From positions 1 to 64,000 of the forward strand of contig JBMNLH010000008.1 of the NCBI GenBank assembly GCA_050952625.1: a stretch of DNA of 64,000 nucleotides, in the 5' to 3' direction. The notes under the pieces were generated by a model. That model did no database searches. It was not told where the DNA came from and saw only the letters and a list, made by a program, of their open reading frames with translations. This document shows positions 1 to 9,354 of this stretch, piece by piece. The translations under genes were made by a program, and so were the position numbers. Every line of letters begins with the position of its first letter. Positions within the stretch are counted from its first letter, which is position 1. Source of the DNA: Bacillota bacterium. GTDB taxonomy: Bacteria > Bacillota > Ch66 > Ch109.

Positions 1-1195
1 GCACTCCGGTCTTTAAATCTAAAGTACCGTTTTGCACATTTAGAAGCCAAGGATCTGTATCCAGCTGATCTTGAGCCACCGGCAGATGGCTTTCGGCCAG
101 GGTAATCATGTCTCTTTGTCGGGTGCGGGACTCTGAGGTGATAGCCCATTTGAGCATTGCCCGGCGTTCAGTTTCATCGTAAATTTGCATAGCTTCTGCT
201 CCAATGCGGCGCACTGTATCTTTAGCTTTGCGGTAAATCTCACCACTATCGTCAACTTCCCAGTGCTTGCCGTTCCAAATGAGCCATTTACCCAGTTGAT
301 AGCAATAGCGAAGTTCCTCCCCGTGGTGAAACACTAAGCGTTCAGCGTTGCCGGTATCTGTACGGCGAAAGATTCCACTGCCAAAATCATTGATAACCGA
401 GCTAATACCCATCCACTCCCGCATCCGGCCTACAATTTTATCTCCTACTATTCCGGCAAGCTTTGGCCAACCGCTAACGGGCATTCCTTTTTGCAGTTTA
501 TCTATGGCATAGCCTAATGCTTTAAGGCGCATATCTGCTTCATCATCTTTGGCAGCATCCACCACGGCCTCTATAAAAGTTTTTATCTCTTCCAAGCCCC
601 AGCCGGCATGGGCCAGAGCACCGGAGAGATGTAAAGCGGTATCCTGACGGGCCCCGGCCTCTGGCCAGTGGCGGGCCAAAAGAGCTGCCGCCGCTGTGAG
701 CCGGGCTGCTTTAACCAGCTCGACATTAGCCAGCTCTTTGGGCTTGCCTTGGCCCATCCAGATCACCTTTTCGCCTGTAGGGTGGGTTGAGGGTGGTATC
801 ATAGTTTGACTACCGGTACTGCGAACTTCCAAAATGGTAATGTTCTCTATAGGATCTTGGAACTTGACAGTTTGTGCTTCTAGGCAGCGGTATAATAAAT
901 GTGCTTTCCCGATGCTTTTTCGGCCAAAGGAGAGATCTGTCCCGGGCATTAGGTAGCTGGCGGTAATTACAGCTTCCGGCGTGTCACAGTCAATATCTAC
1001 AATCCAGTCCGAAGGCTCCCCTAAAAGTAAGCCGATATTGCGGTCCGGGGTAAAAACTTGATTGATTTCTTCCGCTTTAATAAGTCGTTCTTGCCATTTA
1101 GCTTCTATAGGTTTTTTCTCCCCAGGCTGCAGTGGGATACAATGCCAACCTTGTTTAAGTAGCTGCTGGGCTGTTTGGGCGATTACATTTGTCAT
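1..1195 (-). CDS. Phage/plasmid primase-helicase (Prim-Pol N-terminus, D5-N region), 3' end outside window
   Basis: Not in the ORF track; manual translation MTNVIAQ...GWHCIPLQPGEKKP...NIGLLLG..WIVDIDCD and later TDTGNAERLV..WLIWNGKHW; ATG overlaps upstream stop (ATGA). Confidence 0.85.
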   Translation of the reverse strand, partial: MTNVIAQTAQQLLKQGWHCIPLQPGEKKPIEAKWQERLIKAEEINQVFTPDRNIGLLLGEPSDWIVDIDCDTPEAVITASYLMPGTDLSFGRKSIGKAHLLYRCLEAQTVKFQDPIENITILEVRSTGSQTMIPPSTHPTGEKVIWMGQGKPKELANVELVKAARLTAAAALLARHWPEAGARQDTALHLSGALAHAGWGLEEIKTFIEAVVDAAKDDEADMRLKALGYAIDKLQKGMPVSGWPKLAGIVGDKIVGRMREWMGISSVINDFGSGIFRRTDTGNAERLVFHHGEELRYCYQLGKWLIWNGKHWEVDDSGEIYRKAKDTVRRIGAEAMQIYDETERRAMLKWAITSESRTRQRDMITLAESHLPVAQDQLDTDPWLLNVQNGTLDLKTGV

Positions 1196-1728
1196 AAAGC
1201 AACAGCCTCCAGTTGGCTATTAAACCTCTTTACCCTAAGGCCCAATTCCCCCGCCCGGGCAATCTCACCGGTCATACCTTCCGAAATCTTATCTCCAAAA
1301 GCCCACAGCTCGTCGCATTTTTCTAATAGCTCTAAGCCCAAGTCCAAACCCACAGCCCTTTCCTCGAGAACAGTATCATCAAGGAAAGTGGTGAAGATAA
1401 CATGAGGAGCTAAAGGGATACCGCCTTGGCTGTAAACAAAGCGGGAGTAGGCGATGGCCTTTTGGATGTTTCTTTCTACATCTCCCCGGAGCGGAGAGCA
1501 GACATAGATGACAGGTCTTCTCCGCTCCTTGTCCACCAGCAGCCGGTTTAGATACCACCTAGCCTTTTGTAAATCTTCCTCCCCGGCCTTATGTTCAAAA
1601 CGGGAGAGGTATTTAATGACGTTTCCTGCTAGGTAACCCTTAAATTGCTCCTCAGTGAGCTTGGCTTTAATAAAGTCAATAGTTTCTATGCCACCTGTCA
1701 TGTAGTGGTCAGGGTTAATTTTATCCAT
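1192..1728 (-). CDS. DUF3310 domain fused to a nucleoside-deoxyribosyltransferase-like Rossmann domain
   Basis: INPDHY..GIETIDFI..GNVIKY..R..K..EDLQKARWY followed by IYVCSPLRG...CDELWAFG..ISEGM..E; start reassigned to ATG 1728 after GGGGGGAG RBS. Confidence 0.7.
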   Translation of the reverse strand: MDKINPDHYMTGGIETIDFIKAKLTEEQFKGYLAGNVIKYLSRFEHKAGEEDLQKARWYLNRLLVDKERRRPVIYVCSPLRGDVERNIQKAIAYSRFVYSQGGIPLAPHVIFTTFLDDTVLEERAVGLDLGLELLEKCDELWAFGDKISEGMTGEIARAGELGLRVKRFNSQLEAVAL

Positions 1729-1744
1729 GCTTCTCCCCCCCTCT

Positions 1745-2530
1745 TTAAGCGATTTTGCGTTCAATTACCGGCAAAAGGCCCCTCTTATTTTTCAAAAGGT
1801 CGTAAAGGAACAGTCGGCCTTTTTGTGTCCAATAGGTATGCATGACACTTCTTTCGGCATCAATGGTGTGGGTCTTGGATTGGGTATAACCTTGATCGGC
1901 ATAGTCCTGGTACAAAAGCCAGGTGTTGCCCATCTTATACTGCACTCCTAATTCGTGAAGCAGCTTATTCATGGCCCGGCCTGACATGCCGTAATCCTTA
2001 GCAATTTTGGTGATGGGAACTAAAGATTTATTTTGTACAATCAGATCATAGTAAGAAGCTTTAGGTCTTAGCTCGCCGATAATCTGCTTCTGTTTGGCAG
2101 TCTCCAGCTCCAATTGCTTGGCTCTTTCTTTGGCCTGCTTGTATTCTGTAAACAGCTTAATGCCCAAGTCAGGATTATTTAAGATGTCATCAATGAGGGC
2201 ATCAGTGGCATACAGCCCAAATTTCCTTATGGAAGGCAGCACCTCATCAAACACCCATCTTTCAAACTGCTCTGCTTTGGGTAGATTGGAGCGGATAATT
2301 AAACGGTAAAGATCGCCTTCGGGGATAAAGTTCGTCTCTTGTGTTCGACCTAGATTATCGATGATGTCGTGTTTCACGACCCCACGACAATGACGGGATA
2401 TCGCATCTCTGGTATTGGTGTATCCCAAGATGGCAGCACACCTGCTAGCGGGGAAGTATTCTTTACCATTGATAATTAAAATACTTAACTCCCCAAATTC
2501 TTTATGGTTAAATATTTTCATATCTCTCAT
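1745..2530 (-). CDS. Phage antirepressor (BRO-N + KilAC/ANT)
   Basis: FNHKEFG, IPEGDLYRLI, FERWVFDEVLPSIRK and C-terminal ITKIAKDYG..WTQKGR motifs. Confidence 0.9.
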   Translation of the reverse strand: MRDMKIFNHKEFGELSILIINGKEYFPASRCAAILGYTNTRDAISRHCRGVVKHDIIDNLGRTQETNFIPEGDLYRLIIRSNLPKAEQFERWVFDEVLPSIRKFGLYATDALIDDILNNPDLGIKLFTEYKQAKERAKQLELETAKQKQIIGELRPKASYYDLIVQNKSLVPITKIAKDYGMSGRAMNKLLHELGVQYKMGNTWLLYQDYADQGYTQSKTHTIDAERSVMHTYWTQKGRLFLYDLLKNKRGLLPVIERKIA

Positions 2531-2543
2531 GAATGAAAACCTC

Positions 2544-4493
2544 CTAATCTTTCATATAGTAATCACTCTCAAAACCTTCTGCCTGCAAGGGTAGCCCTTG
2601 TGCCCAGTCAATCGGTTGGCTCATGATTGCCTCCACTTCTTTAAGTGAGCCAAAGCCATAAGGCACATCCAACACCACCTCGTCATGCACATGAAATGCG
2701 ATTTTATAGCCGGCGGCATCCAGCCTTAGGAGAGATTCGGCCAAACAATCTCTAGCAATGGCCTGGACAATATTTTCCGTGATTTTCCCCCCATAGGTAT
2801 CGATCCGACACCATTTGCCCAGCTCCACACCTTCATAGGTCAGTTTATCTTTGTTAAAGCGTTCATCTAGTTCAATCCTGGGCCTCACATAAACTAGACT
2901 CCTACCTGAGGGCAATCTGATAAATAGCACTCCGCTTTTGTAATAAAATTTAAGCCCATATCGCATATTGACCGCTGTTCTATCTTTTACGGCTCGAATA
3001 GCTGCTTCTTCCACGTCCCACCAGAGTTTTACGATATTCGGGTTAGACTGCCGCCAAGCTGCAACAATTTCCGGCAGCTCATCCTCTGATAGCCCCATGC
3101 TTAAAGCTCCCATGGCCTTTAAGGCTCCAACGCTACCCTGGTAGCCACAGGCCAAAGTAGCAATTTTACCTTTTTGCCGCAGCTCGTATTCCGGGTTACC
3201 CCGAACAATAAGCTCCATCGGCACCCCAAACATCCTGCTGGCGGTCATCTCATAAATCTTGCCATGCCCCTTGAAGGTATCTATAACCCACTCCTCCCCT
3301 GCCAGCCAAGCAATAACCCGAGCTTCAATGGCACTAAAGTCTGATATAATAAACCGGCATCCTGGAGAGGGAATAAAAGCTGTTCTAATGAGTTGGGATA
3401 ATACATCAGGCACACTGTCAAACAATAGCTCCAGAGCTTCATAATCCCCAACCTTGAGAAGCCTTCTGCCCAAGTCCAAATCGCTCATGTTGTTTCTAGG
3501 AAGGTTATGCACCTGCACCAGCCTCCCCGCCCAGCGTCCCGTTCGGTTGGCTCCATAGTATTGCAACAACCCTCTAACCCGCCTATCCTTGCATACTGCC
3601 CGTTCCATCGCTTCATATTTTCTAACAGAAGTTTTGGACATATCCTGTCTGAGTTCCAGCACCCGCTTCACTGTCGGATTGCTTATTTTGGCTAGCAGTT
3701 CTTCCACATTTGCTTTGGCCAGGCTTTCCACTTTGATACCATGTTCATCTTGAAGCCATGTCTTTAACTGGGTAGGGCTATTGGGATTTTCCAGCCCGGT
3801 TAAATGGGTGGCTTCCTTCATCAATTTCTTCTGGTAACCTCCATCGCATTGAATGGCGTTTTCCACCAGCCTTTGGTCTACCCTAACTCCGTAGTCGTTA
3901 ATGCGCTGGTCGAGGTACCATAACCGCATTTCCTTTTCCGGCATCGGATAGCGCTCTAGCCTTTGCCGAATGGCCCTTTCCACTTCCACATCTTGTTTGC
4001 AGTAAGCCTTAAATAAAGTCCACTTCTCCCTATCGTGGTGGGGAAGGTTTCTAGTTCTGCCACCGTTAGACTTGGTCGGTTTACAAGGCATTGAAAAGTA
4101 TCGGATTAGCGCCTTCCCCTCCTGCATCTTTTGAGTGGATAGATTTAACACTTTAGCCACCTTCTCCAAACTTGTCGGTAGACCCAAGGTTAAGGCATGA
4201 GCTTGGCTGCAGTACCACTGCTGGGGTGGCATTGGTATGTTGAGATATTGCGCCAGACAAGTTCTCTCGAAGTTAGCATTAAATGCTGTTTTGATTACAG
4301 TTGAGTTCGTTAAAGCACTGATAATCTCATCTGGGATGGCCTCATTATTAGCTAAATCGATAACCTGCACTGGGTCGTTATTAAAGGTATAACCAAACAA
4401 TAATATGGTGAAATCCGCCGCCTGGGTGTAAGCGTAGACCCCACATCTGGCGAGGTCTACGCTGCTGTAGGTTTCGATATCTATGGATAGCAT
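2544..4493 (-). CDS. Phage family-A DNA polymerase
   Basis: LSIDIETYS exonuclease motif, DFSAIEARV motif A, RQKGKIATLACGY motif B, HVHDEV motif C; start probably ATG 4493. Confidence 0.93.
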   Translation of the reverse strand: MLSIDIETYSSVDLARCGVYAYTQAADFTILLFGYTFNNDPVQVIDLANNEAIPDEIISALTNSTVIKTAFNANFERTCLAQYLNIPMPPQQWYCSQAHALTLGLPTSLEKVAKVLNLSTQKMQEGKALIRYFSMPCKPTKSNGGRTRNLPHHDREKWTLFKAYCKQDVEVERAIRQRLERYPMPEKEMRLWYLDQRINDYGVRVDQRLVENAIQCDGGYQKKLMKEATHLTGLENPNSPTQLKTWLQDEHGIKVESLAKANVEELLAKISNPTVKRVLELRQDMSKTSVRKYEAMERAVCKDRRVRGLLQYYGANRTGRWAGRLVQVHNLPRNNMSDLDLGRRLLKVGDYEALELLFDSVPDVLSQLIRTAFIPSPGCRFIISDFSAIEARVIAWLAGEEWVIDTFKGHGKIYEMTASRMFGVPMELIVRGNPEYELRQKGKIATLACGYQGSVGALKAMGALSMGLSEDELPEIVAAWRQSNPNIVKLWWDVEEAAIRAVKDRTAVNMRYGLKFYYKSGVLFIRLPSGRSLVYVRPRIELDERFNKDKLTYEGVELGKWCRIDTYGGKITENIVQAIARDCLAESLLRLDAAGYKIAFHVHDEVVLDVPYGFGSLKEVEAIMSQPIDWAQGLPLQAEGFESDYYMKD

Positions 4494-4494
4494 G

Positions 4495-5031
4495 CTATTC
4501 GAGAATGTCGAGAGCATCATCGGCCAAGAGTTCAAAATCATCTTCAGGCTTGGATCTGCCGCCTAACGGCTCACCATCTTCGAGCTTTTGTAGGTTTTGT
4601 AAACCTGCGGCAATACCTTTATTCCCGTTGACGTTGTAGGCATAAAAGATAATACTGGCCCTGCCATAGCAACCTGAATAAAACTCAGTCGGATCTAAGA
4701 TAGGCTCAACATTTTTATCTACGATTCCAGGCTTAATGAAACTATTGGCATTTACAAAATAGCTGTCAGCATAGGCTTCATCATCAGATCTGTCGGTATC
4801 TCCATCCCGTAAGGGAGTTTTAAGATTGGCTGGGATTTTACCGCCAAGCTTGGCAAGCCCCTCTTTCTTAGCTATTTCAATAGCAGCCTTAATCTTTTTT
4901 AATGTCTCTTTATCGCTTTTGGGAATGATTAAAGAAACCGAATACTTGGGGTCACTGCCGTTTACTGATTTTGGCTCCCACACATTCACATATGAAAATC
5001 TAACCTTACCGGTTATCACTTTAGTTGACAT
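4495..5031 (-). CDS. DUF2815 phage ssDNA-binding protein
   Basis: VRFSY..WEP, KYSVSLIIPK, PLRDGD, YSGCYGR, acidic tail; usual neighbour of phage polA. Confidence 0.88.
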   Translation of the reverse strand: MSTKVITGKVRFSYVNVWEPKSVNGSDPKYSVSLIIPKSDKETLKKIKAAIEIAKKEGLAKLGGKIPANLKTPLRDGDTDRSDDEAYADSYFVNANSFIKPGIVDKNVEPILDPTEFYSGCYGRASIIFYAYNVNGNKGIAAGLQNLQKLEDGEPLGGRSKPEDDFELLADDALDILE

Positions 5032-6237
5032 CTATATTTCCTCCTTAAAATCAATTTCAGCTGTGCTTTTTATTGCCGGTCGTTTATCATCCACACTGAC
5101 CAGCTTTGGTTTCCCAGGGGGCTTTTTAATGTATGGCCCCAACAGCCCATTAAACTGCTCCCTGCCCACCAGCCGTTCCATGGCCGTAATGCCCAGCAGC
5201 TTTTTGGCATAGATCTTGTCCTCACCAAAGCCTGCCGCCATTAAAACTTCTGCCGCTTGAGCTTCGTCTTCATATCGCCGGTAGCTTCGGCCCTCAATCA
5301 GCTTGTATCCTGGCCATTCCTTGTTATGATTTACGGCTTGGTCTAAGGCGTAAGCCTGGACATCGCTAACCCAGCTTTGTAGTGCATCAGCTATTGCCAT
5401 GACTTCAATGATCTCCTCGTCGGTTAAAAGAGGCGGCTTTTTGAAGTCATGCTGGGCGAGCTTCATATGCTCGTCAGCCCTGGCTCGGCAGGTGAAGCGC
5501 ACTTTACAAAAACGGCAATGTTCGCCGGGTTTAAACTCGCCCTTACCATTAGAGGCTAACGCTGCTTTTGGTTTGGCAACACTCTCTCCCCAGTTAACTA
5601 ACTCGTCCACTCCCATTTCATCAGAGGAGATACTATCCAACCTAGGTTGGTGGATGGTCATTTTTACGATATTGATGTCATAGAGGACAGAAAAATGATT
5701 TATAGCTCCTAAGGCATAAAGCCGCATTTGGCTGTTATCTACCGCTGAAACTTGCACCCCTCTTCCAAACTTAAGATCTACCACTTCCAGTACATCATCA
5801 GTCACCAACACTAGATCCCCGGTGCCAAAACCCTCTCGCACCCAGGGACTGTAATCCAGTTTGGCTTCCAGAAGCACTACTGCGTCTTTGGTGCGAGCTT
5901 TTGCTTCATTGATTTTTTCAATGGCAAAGTCCACATAGGTTTGCACATCGTCCTCTAGTTCTTGGCTGTAAAATTTGTCTTGCTTTAGCTTTTTAAGTTT
6001 GCTCTCATACTTAAGAGCAGTAATGTTTTCTAAGTAGCGGGCTAGTTTAAGCTCAGCCAAAGCATGGGCAAAGGTGCCTTCCTGGGCGTACTCACTGGAC
6101 TTTTCTTCTATCTCAGCTTCCAACTTGGCCGAGGGTGGACAATTAAGCCATTTCTCGGAGCCAGAAGCAGATAGTAATGCATGGCCCAGGCCAGCCTCTC
6201 TTGCGCCTGAAGCGCAATTCACCTTCTGTCTTGCCAT
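5032..6237 (-). CDS. DUF2800 Cas4-like PD-(D/E)XK nuclease
   Basis: HALLSASG..WLNCPPS, GTGD..DLKFG, HCRFC..C motifs. Confidence 0.88.
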   Translation of the reverse strand: MARQKVNCASGAREAGLGHALLSASGSEKWLNCPPSAKLEAEIEEKSSEYAQEGTFAHALAELKLARYLENITALKYESKLKKLKQDKFYSQELEDDVQTYVDFAIEKINEAKARTKDAVVLLEAKLDYSPWVREGFGTGDLVLVTDDVLEVVDLKFGRGVQVSAVDNSQMRLYALGAINHFSVLYDINIVKMTIHQPRLDSISSDEMGVDELVNWGESVAKPKAALASNGKGEFKPGEHCRFCKVRFTCRARADEHMKLAQHDFKKPPLLTDEEIIEVMAIADALQSWVSDVQAYALDQAVNHNKEWPGYKLIEGRSYRRYEDEAQAAEVLMAAGFGEDKIYAKKLLGITAMERLVGREQFNGLLGPYIKKPPGKPKLVSVDDKRPAIKSTAEIDFKEEI

Positions 6238-6516
6238 TTATACTCCCTCCGCATCTTCAAGGAGTGCCGGGTATTTTTCTTCTGGAATGTCTGAGAGCTT
6301 TTCTCCACCATGTCTTTGTAAAAGCGCCTTAACCTCTGCTTGTTTGCCCTCTTGCATCAGTGCCGCCAGCTTTGCTCTAACGTCCTCTAGAGTAATCTCC
6401 TGTAGAGTAGTTGTTGTTTCTTTGCACTTGGTTGACTTTTCTTTTGCCAGTTTTTCTATGCTAGTTGCCAACTTCCTAAGGTCCTTTGCAATATTTAAAA
6501 CAACATCATCTATCAA
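6238..6516 (-). CDS. Small phage protein (conserved ITLEDVR...KLSDI..EKY C-terminal domain)
   Basis: 92 aa ORF with RBS within the phage replication operon. Confidence 0.75.
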   Translation of the reverse strand: MIDDVVLNIAKDLRKLATSIEKLAKEKSTKCKETTTTLQEITLEDVRAKLAALMQEGKQAEVKALLQRHGGEKLSDIPEEKYPALLEDAEGV

Positions 6517-6530
6517 CTTCTTTCCCTCCT

Positions 6531-6782
6531 TTACAACTTTTTGGCTTCTTGGTAAAAGGCCATATAGTCTTCCGGGTTTACCTCCACCAATTTCCCTGCC
6601 TCATATTTTTTGAGTAACGTTTTAATTTCAGATACTCTGCCTTTTTGCATTTTCTCTGTGAGCACGATGCTAATGTCCTGAAGAGTGATCTCATCTGGAT
6701 CTAACTCACCTTTTGCCAAGGCACGATATCCTGCCGCAAGTCTTTCTAATTCCTCTGCTAGTGCAAAATGCAGTTCACTCAT
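6531..6782 (-). CDS. Small phage protein, paralogue of 6238-6516
   Basis: ITLQDI...KLVEV..EDY aligns with the neighbouring ORF; GGTGGAG RBS. Confidence 0.75.
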   Translation of the reverse strand: MSELHFALAEELERLAAGYRALAKGELDPDEITLQDISIVLTEKMQKGRVSEIKTLLKKYEAGKLVEVNPEDYMAFYQEAKKL

Positions 6783-6800
6783 GACTCCACCTTCTTTCCT

Positions 6801-7124
6801 TTAACTACTCAGAGCAAAATCTTTAATAATGCTGTTCATCACCATTAGGTCGTTGCCGGAAAGGTTAGCACTTAATCGTTCCAACAGTTCTTGCTGTTCA
6901 GGTTTTAGATATTTCTTGTGCAAATAATAGCCATCTGCTACCCTTACACCTCCGCCATAACGACCCCGGATGGTTTCTATTGGGTAAGAAAGCGATAGGA
7001 TGTCAATGTCGTTTTTAATTGTTCTGACACTTACACCAAACTCAGCAGCCAGATTAGCCATAGTGTCTTGCCTCCTGCGGCATAAGGCTTCTATGATTTC
7101 CATCCGCCTTTCATTTGGCCCCAT
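6801..7124 (-). CDS. HTH_11/DeoR-like winged-helix DNA-binding protein
   Basis: LAAEFGVSVRTIKNDI HTH and GRYGGG wing. Confidence 0.8.
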   Translation of the reverse strand: MGPNERRMEIIEALCRRRQDTMANLAAEFGVSVRTIKNDIDILSLSYPIETIRGRYGGGVRVADGYYLHKKYLKPEQQELLERLSANLSGNDLMVMNSIIKDFALSS

Positions 7125-7325
7125 CGCTTTCTCACCCCCCTTCCATTTGCTCTGTGACTAAAGAGTAAATGTTAAATATGCAGGTCTATTTCATATTTAG
7201 AAAAGTATTTAAAACAAAAAAATAGCCAGATGAAATGATATGTGCTAAGGAAATCACCCCAAAACACATTTCATTTCAATCCGGCTATCAGACAGCTCAC
7301 GTGGGATTGATAAAGTATTAAATTG

Positions 7326-7574
7326 TTAGGAAACTTTTCTTAGTTTCTTTTTGTAAATTGATTTTGCTATACGCCTTAGATCTTTAACATCTTGAGGCTC
7401 CAAATATGGTTCTAGAATCCATTCTAAATTTATGTCTATGGGCTCGGCAACATCTCGGCATTTTGCTGAGATAAAAAGGGCCTCTTCCTTAATTAGCAAG
7501 TTAAACAACAGTTTGTTATGCCGTTTATTATTTTTGAAGACCGTATGTCGAACCTCTTTTAGTAGCAAAGGCAT
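7326..7574 (-). CDS. Hypothetical phage protein
   Basis: Start reassigned to ATG 7574 after AAAGGGGG RBS; no recognised motif. Confidence 0.45.
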   Translation of the reverse strand: MPLLLKEVRHTVFKNNKRHNKLLFNLLIKEEALFISAKCRDVAEPIDINLEWILEPYLEPQDVKDLRRIAKSIYKKKLRKVS

Positions 7575-7641
7575 ACCCCCTTTCTTATCCTTTTTTGTTT
7601 CCTTGAATTCATTATAGATATGCACTTTTCCTTTACGCCAT

Positions 7642-7659
7642 ATACGCCATCTAGCGTAA
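7642..7659. promoter_or_regulatory. Candidate prophage repressor operator
   Basis: ATACGCCATCTAGCGTAA, near copy of the palindrome at 8919-8936, upstream of the replication operon. Confidence 0.55.
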
Positions 7660-7680
7660 TGAATGGTAAAAAAATATAGC

Positions 7681-8493
7681 TTAAAACAGGGAAGGTTGTA
7701 AATCATCCTTCGCCACAATAAAATCAAATTTACGCAATTTAATGAAGGCCGCTTGCTTGGATACCCCATATACCCCTGCTATTAACCTTGGGAATTCCTC
7801 CTCAGCAAACCAATCGTGCTGCCAATCAATTCCGGTTATTACTCTGCCACCAGTAATACCATTTAAATTAAGTATTTCTAAAGCTAGTGGTATAAAGGTA
7901 GACTTTGGCATGGCTATGGCTGATGCAAAATAATCGGCTTGGTGTTCCCGGAAATCTTCAGATGTTACAAGCGCCTTTTTCCGCCCGAAACTTTCGATAT
8001 TATTGTGGCGGCAACATACAACTGGCCTAATCTTAGGCTTTTCATCTTTAAAAAGGGAAAGTTGCCCACTATTATCAGGTGCAGTAAAGACACCAGGATG
8101 AAGCCATAAATGGCCCCCTTCATGCAACCCCGTAAAAAGTCCCAGCCCTTCTTTGCCTTCCTGCATAACGTAATTATCAATTACGATGGTTCGGTTCGTT
8201 AATTTTCTTACCCCAACTCGACAGTTTTCTCGGTCAAAAACCTTTATATACTCTTGATCATTAAAAGCTGTAGCACCCCAGATTGGTTTATCTTCATAAT
8301 AGATGTCCATGAATTCAATATTGGCGCCAAGATATGATTCTAAAAAATGTAGGTGGTTGATTGGTGTAGGCTCTTTTAATAGCTGTGGTTTGTAGTCTGC
8401 AAGCAGCATTTCAGCCAACTCATCAATTTCGGTATCCTTTAGGATAGGGGTGTTATCTTGTTTATCCATCTTGCTCCATCTGAATTCAATCAC
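7681..8493 (-). CDS. ImmA/IrrE-family metallopeptidase (antirepressor protease)
   Basis: HEGGH zinc motif, EHQADYFASAIAMP, YGVSKQAAFIKL. Confidence 0.85.
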   Translation of the reverse strand: MIEFRWSKMDKQDNTPILKDTEIDELAEMLLADYKPQLLKEPTPINHLHFLESYLGANIEFMDIYYEDKPIWGATAFNDQEYIKVFDRENCRVGVRKLTNRTIVIDNYVMQEGKEGLGLFTGLHEGGHLWLHPGVFTAPDNSGQLSLFKDEKPKIRPVVCCRHNNIESFGRKKALVTSEDFREHQADYFASAIAMPKSTFIPLALEILNLNGITGGRVITGIDWQHDWFAEEEFPRLIAGVYGVSKQAAFIKLRKFDFIVAKDDLQPSLF

Positions 8494-8897
8494 TGTTTTC
8501 CTCCTTTCTTCTTTTCCATGTCTCTAATAAATGTTTTCCAATCCTCCTCATCAATTACCCCTGCCTTAGATTGCCTGAGGGCTAGCCTTGCCATATCCCC
8601 AATTTCACTGTACATCATAATGTCCTCTATATCGGAGGGAATTTCCCTACGATCCCGGGCTGCTAAATCATACATTTTAGCCTTGTCCTCATCGGAAAGA
8701 TTAAGCACTTGGGCGAACTTCTCAATCTTATCTTTGTCAAAAGGCTTTCTGCGGTTGTTTTCGATATCGCTTAAGAAGCTTAGAGATATTCCCAGCCTTT
8801 CGGACATGTCTTTAAGGGTTAACTCCCGAGGGTCATTAAGACGTTTCTGTTTGATAAAATCGCCAAATCGAATAAATTGTTCTCGCAACATAAGCAC
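8490..8897 (-). CDS. XRE-family HTH repressor (ImmR-like)
   Basis: LTLKDMSERLGISLSFLSDIENNRR HTH; overlaps ImmA-like gene start. Confidence 0.88.
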   Translation of the reverse strand: MLMLREQFIRFGDFIKQKRLNDPRELTLKDMSERLGISLSFLSDIENNRRKPFDKDKIEKFAQVLNLSDEDKAKMYDLAARDRREIPSDIEDIMMYSEIGDMARLALRQSKAGVIDEEDWKTFIRDMEKKKGGKQ

Positions 8898-8918
8898 CTC
8901 CTTTTTATTTTACACTAT

Positions 8919-8964
8919 TTACGCCTTATAGCGTAATTATAGCATGGAAAAATATTCATGTCAA
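8919..8964 (-). promoter_or_regulatory. SigA promoter of the repressor gene with adjacent palindromic operator
   Basis: Minus strand TTGACA(8964-8959)-17 bp-TATAAT(8941-8936) with extended TG; TTACGCCTTATAGCGTAA at 8919-8936. Confidence 0.75.
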
Positions 8965-9054
8965 TACTTCGTAAGCGCTCAATAATCGGGTGCATTGCCA
9001 CCCTGCCCCAAATATGCCACAATACCTCCAAAGGACATGAAATGGAGGTAAAAT

Positions 9055-9354
9055 ATGAATAAGCAAGAAAGAGCGGCTTTGGTTGCCGAATGCAGAGCCA
9101 GTGGTATGACAGCAAAAGAATGGTGCCGGCTAAAAGGCATCGAGTATAGAAAATACTGCGATTGGGCTACCAGAGTTAACCGGGAAGCCAGGCAAGACAA
9201 ACAGGAACAGTGGGTTGATGTAACCGTAACTAAAAAAGATGGCAACAATGGTGCGGTTAAGCTTCACTGTGGCAATTTGACCATTAGCGTAGAGCCTGGC
9301 TTTAACCCGGCCCTTCTGCTGGACATTTTGAAAGTTGTGCAGGCTCTATGCTAA
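9055..9354 (+). CDS. tnpA: IS66 accessory protein TnpA
   Basis: CRASGMTAKEWC HTH; position in IS66. Confidence 0.85.
   Translation: MNKQERAALVAECRASGMTAKEWCRLKGIEYRKYCDWATRVNREARQDKQEQWVDVTVTKKDGNNGAVKLHCGNLTISVEPGFNPALLLDILKVVQALC

Larger units (their letters stand above)
1..8970 (-). mobile_element. Prophage-like element remnant (replication and immunity module), runs off the left edge, cut on the right by IS66
   Basis: Co-oriented primase/helicase, BRO antirepressor, DNA polA, DUF2815 SSB, DUF2800 nuclease and ImmA/ImmR-like genes. Confidence 0.85.

Noticed and set aside
5032-6237. Cas4-like nuclease as sign of a CRISPR-Cas locus
   Set aside because: It sits in the standard phage polA/SSB module; no repeat-spacer array or other cas genes were seen in the window
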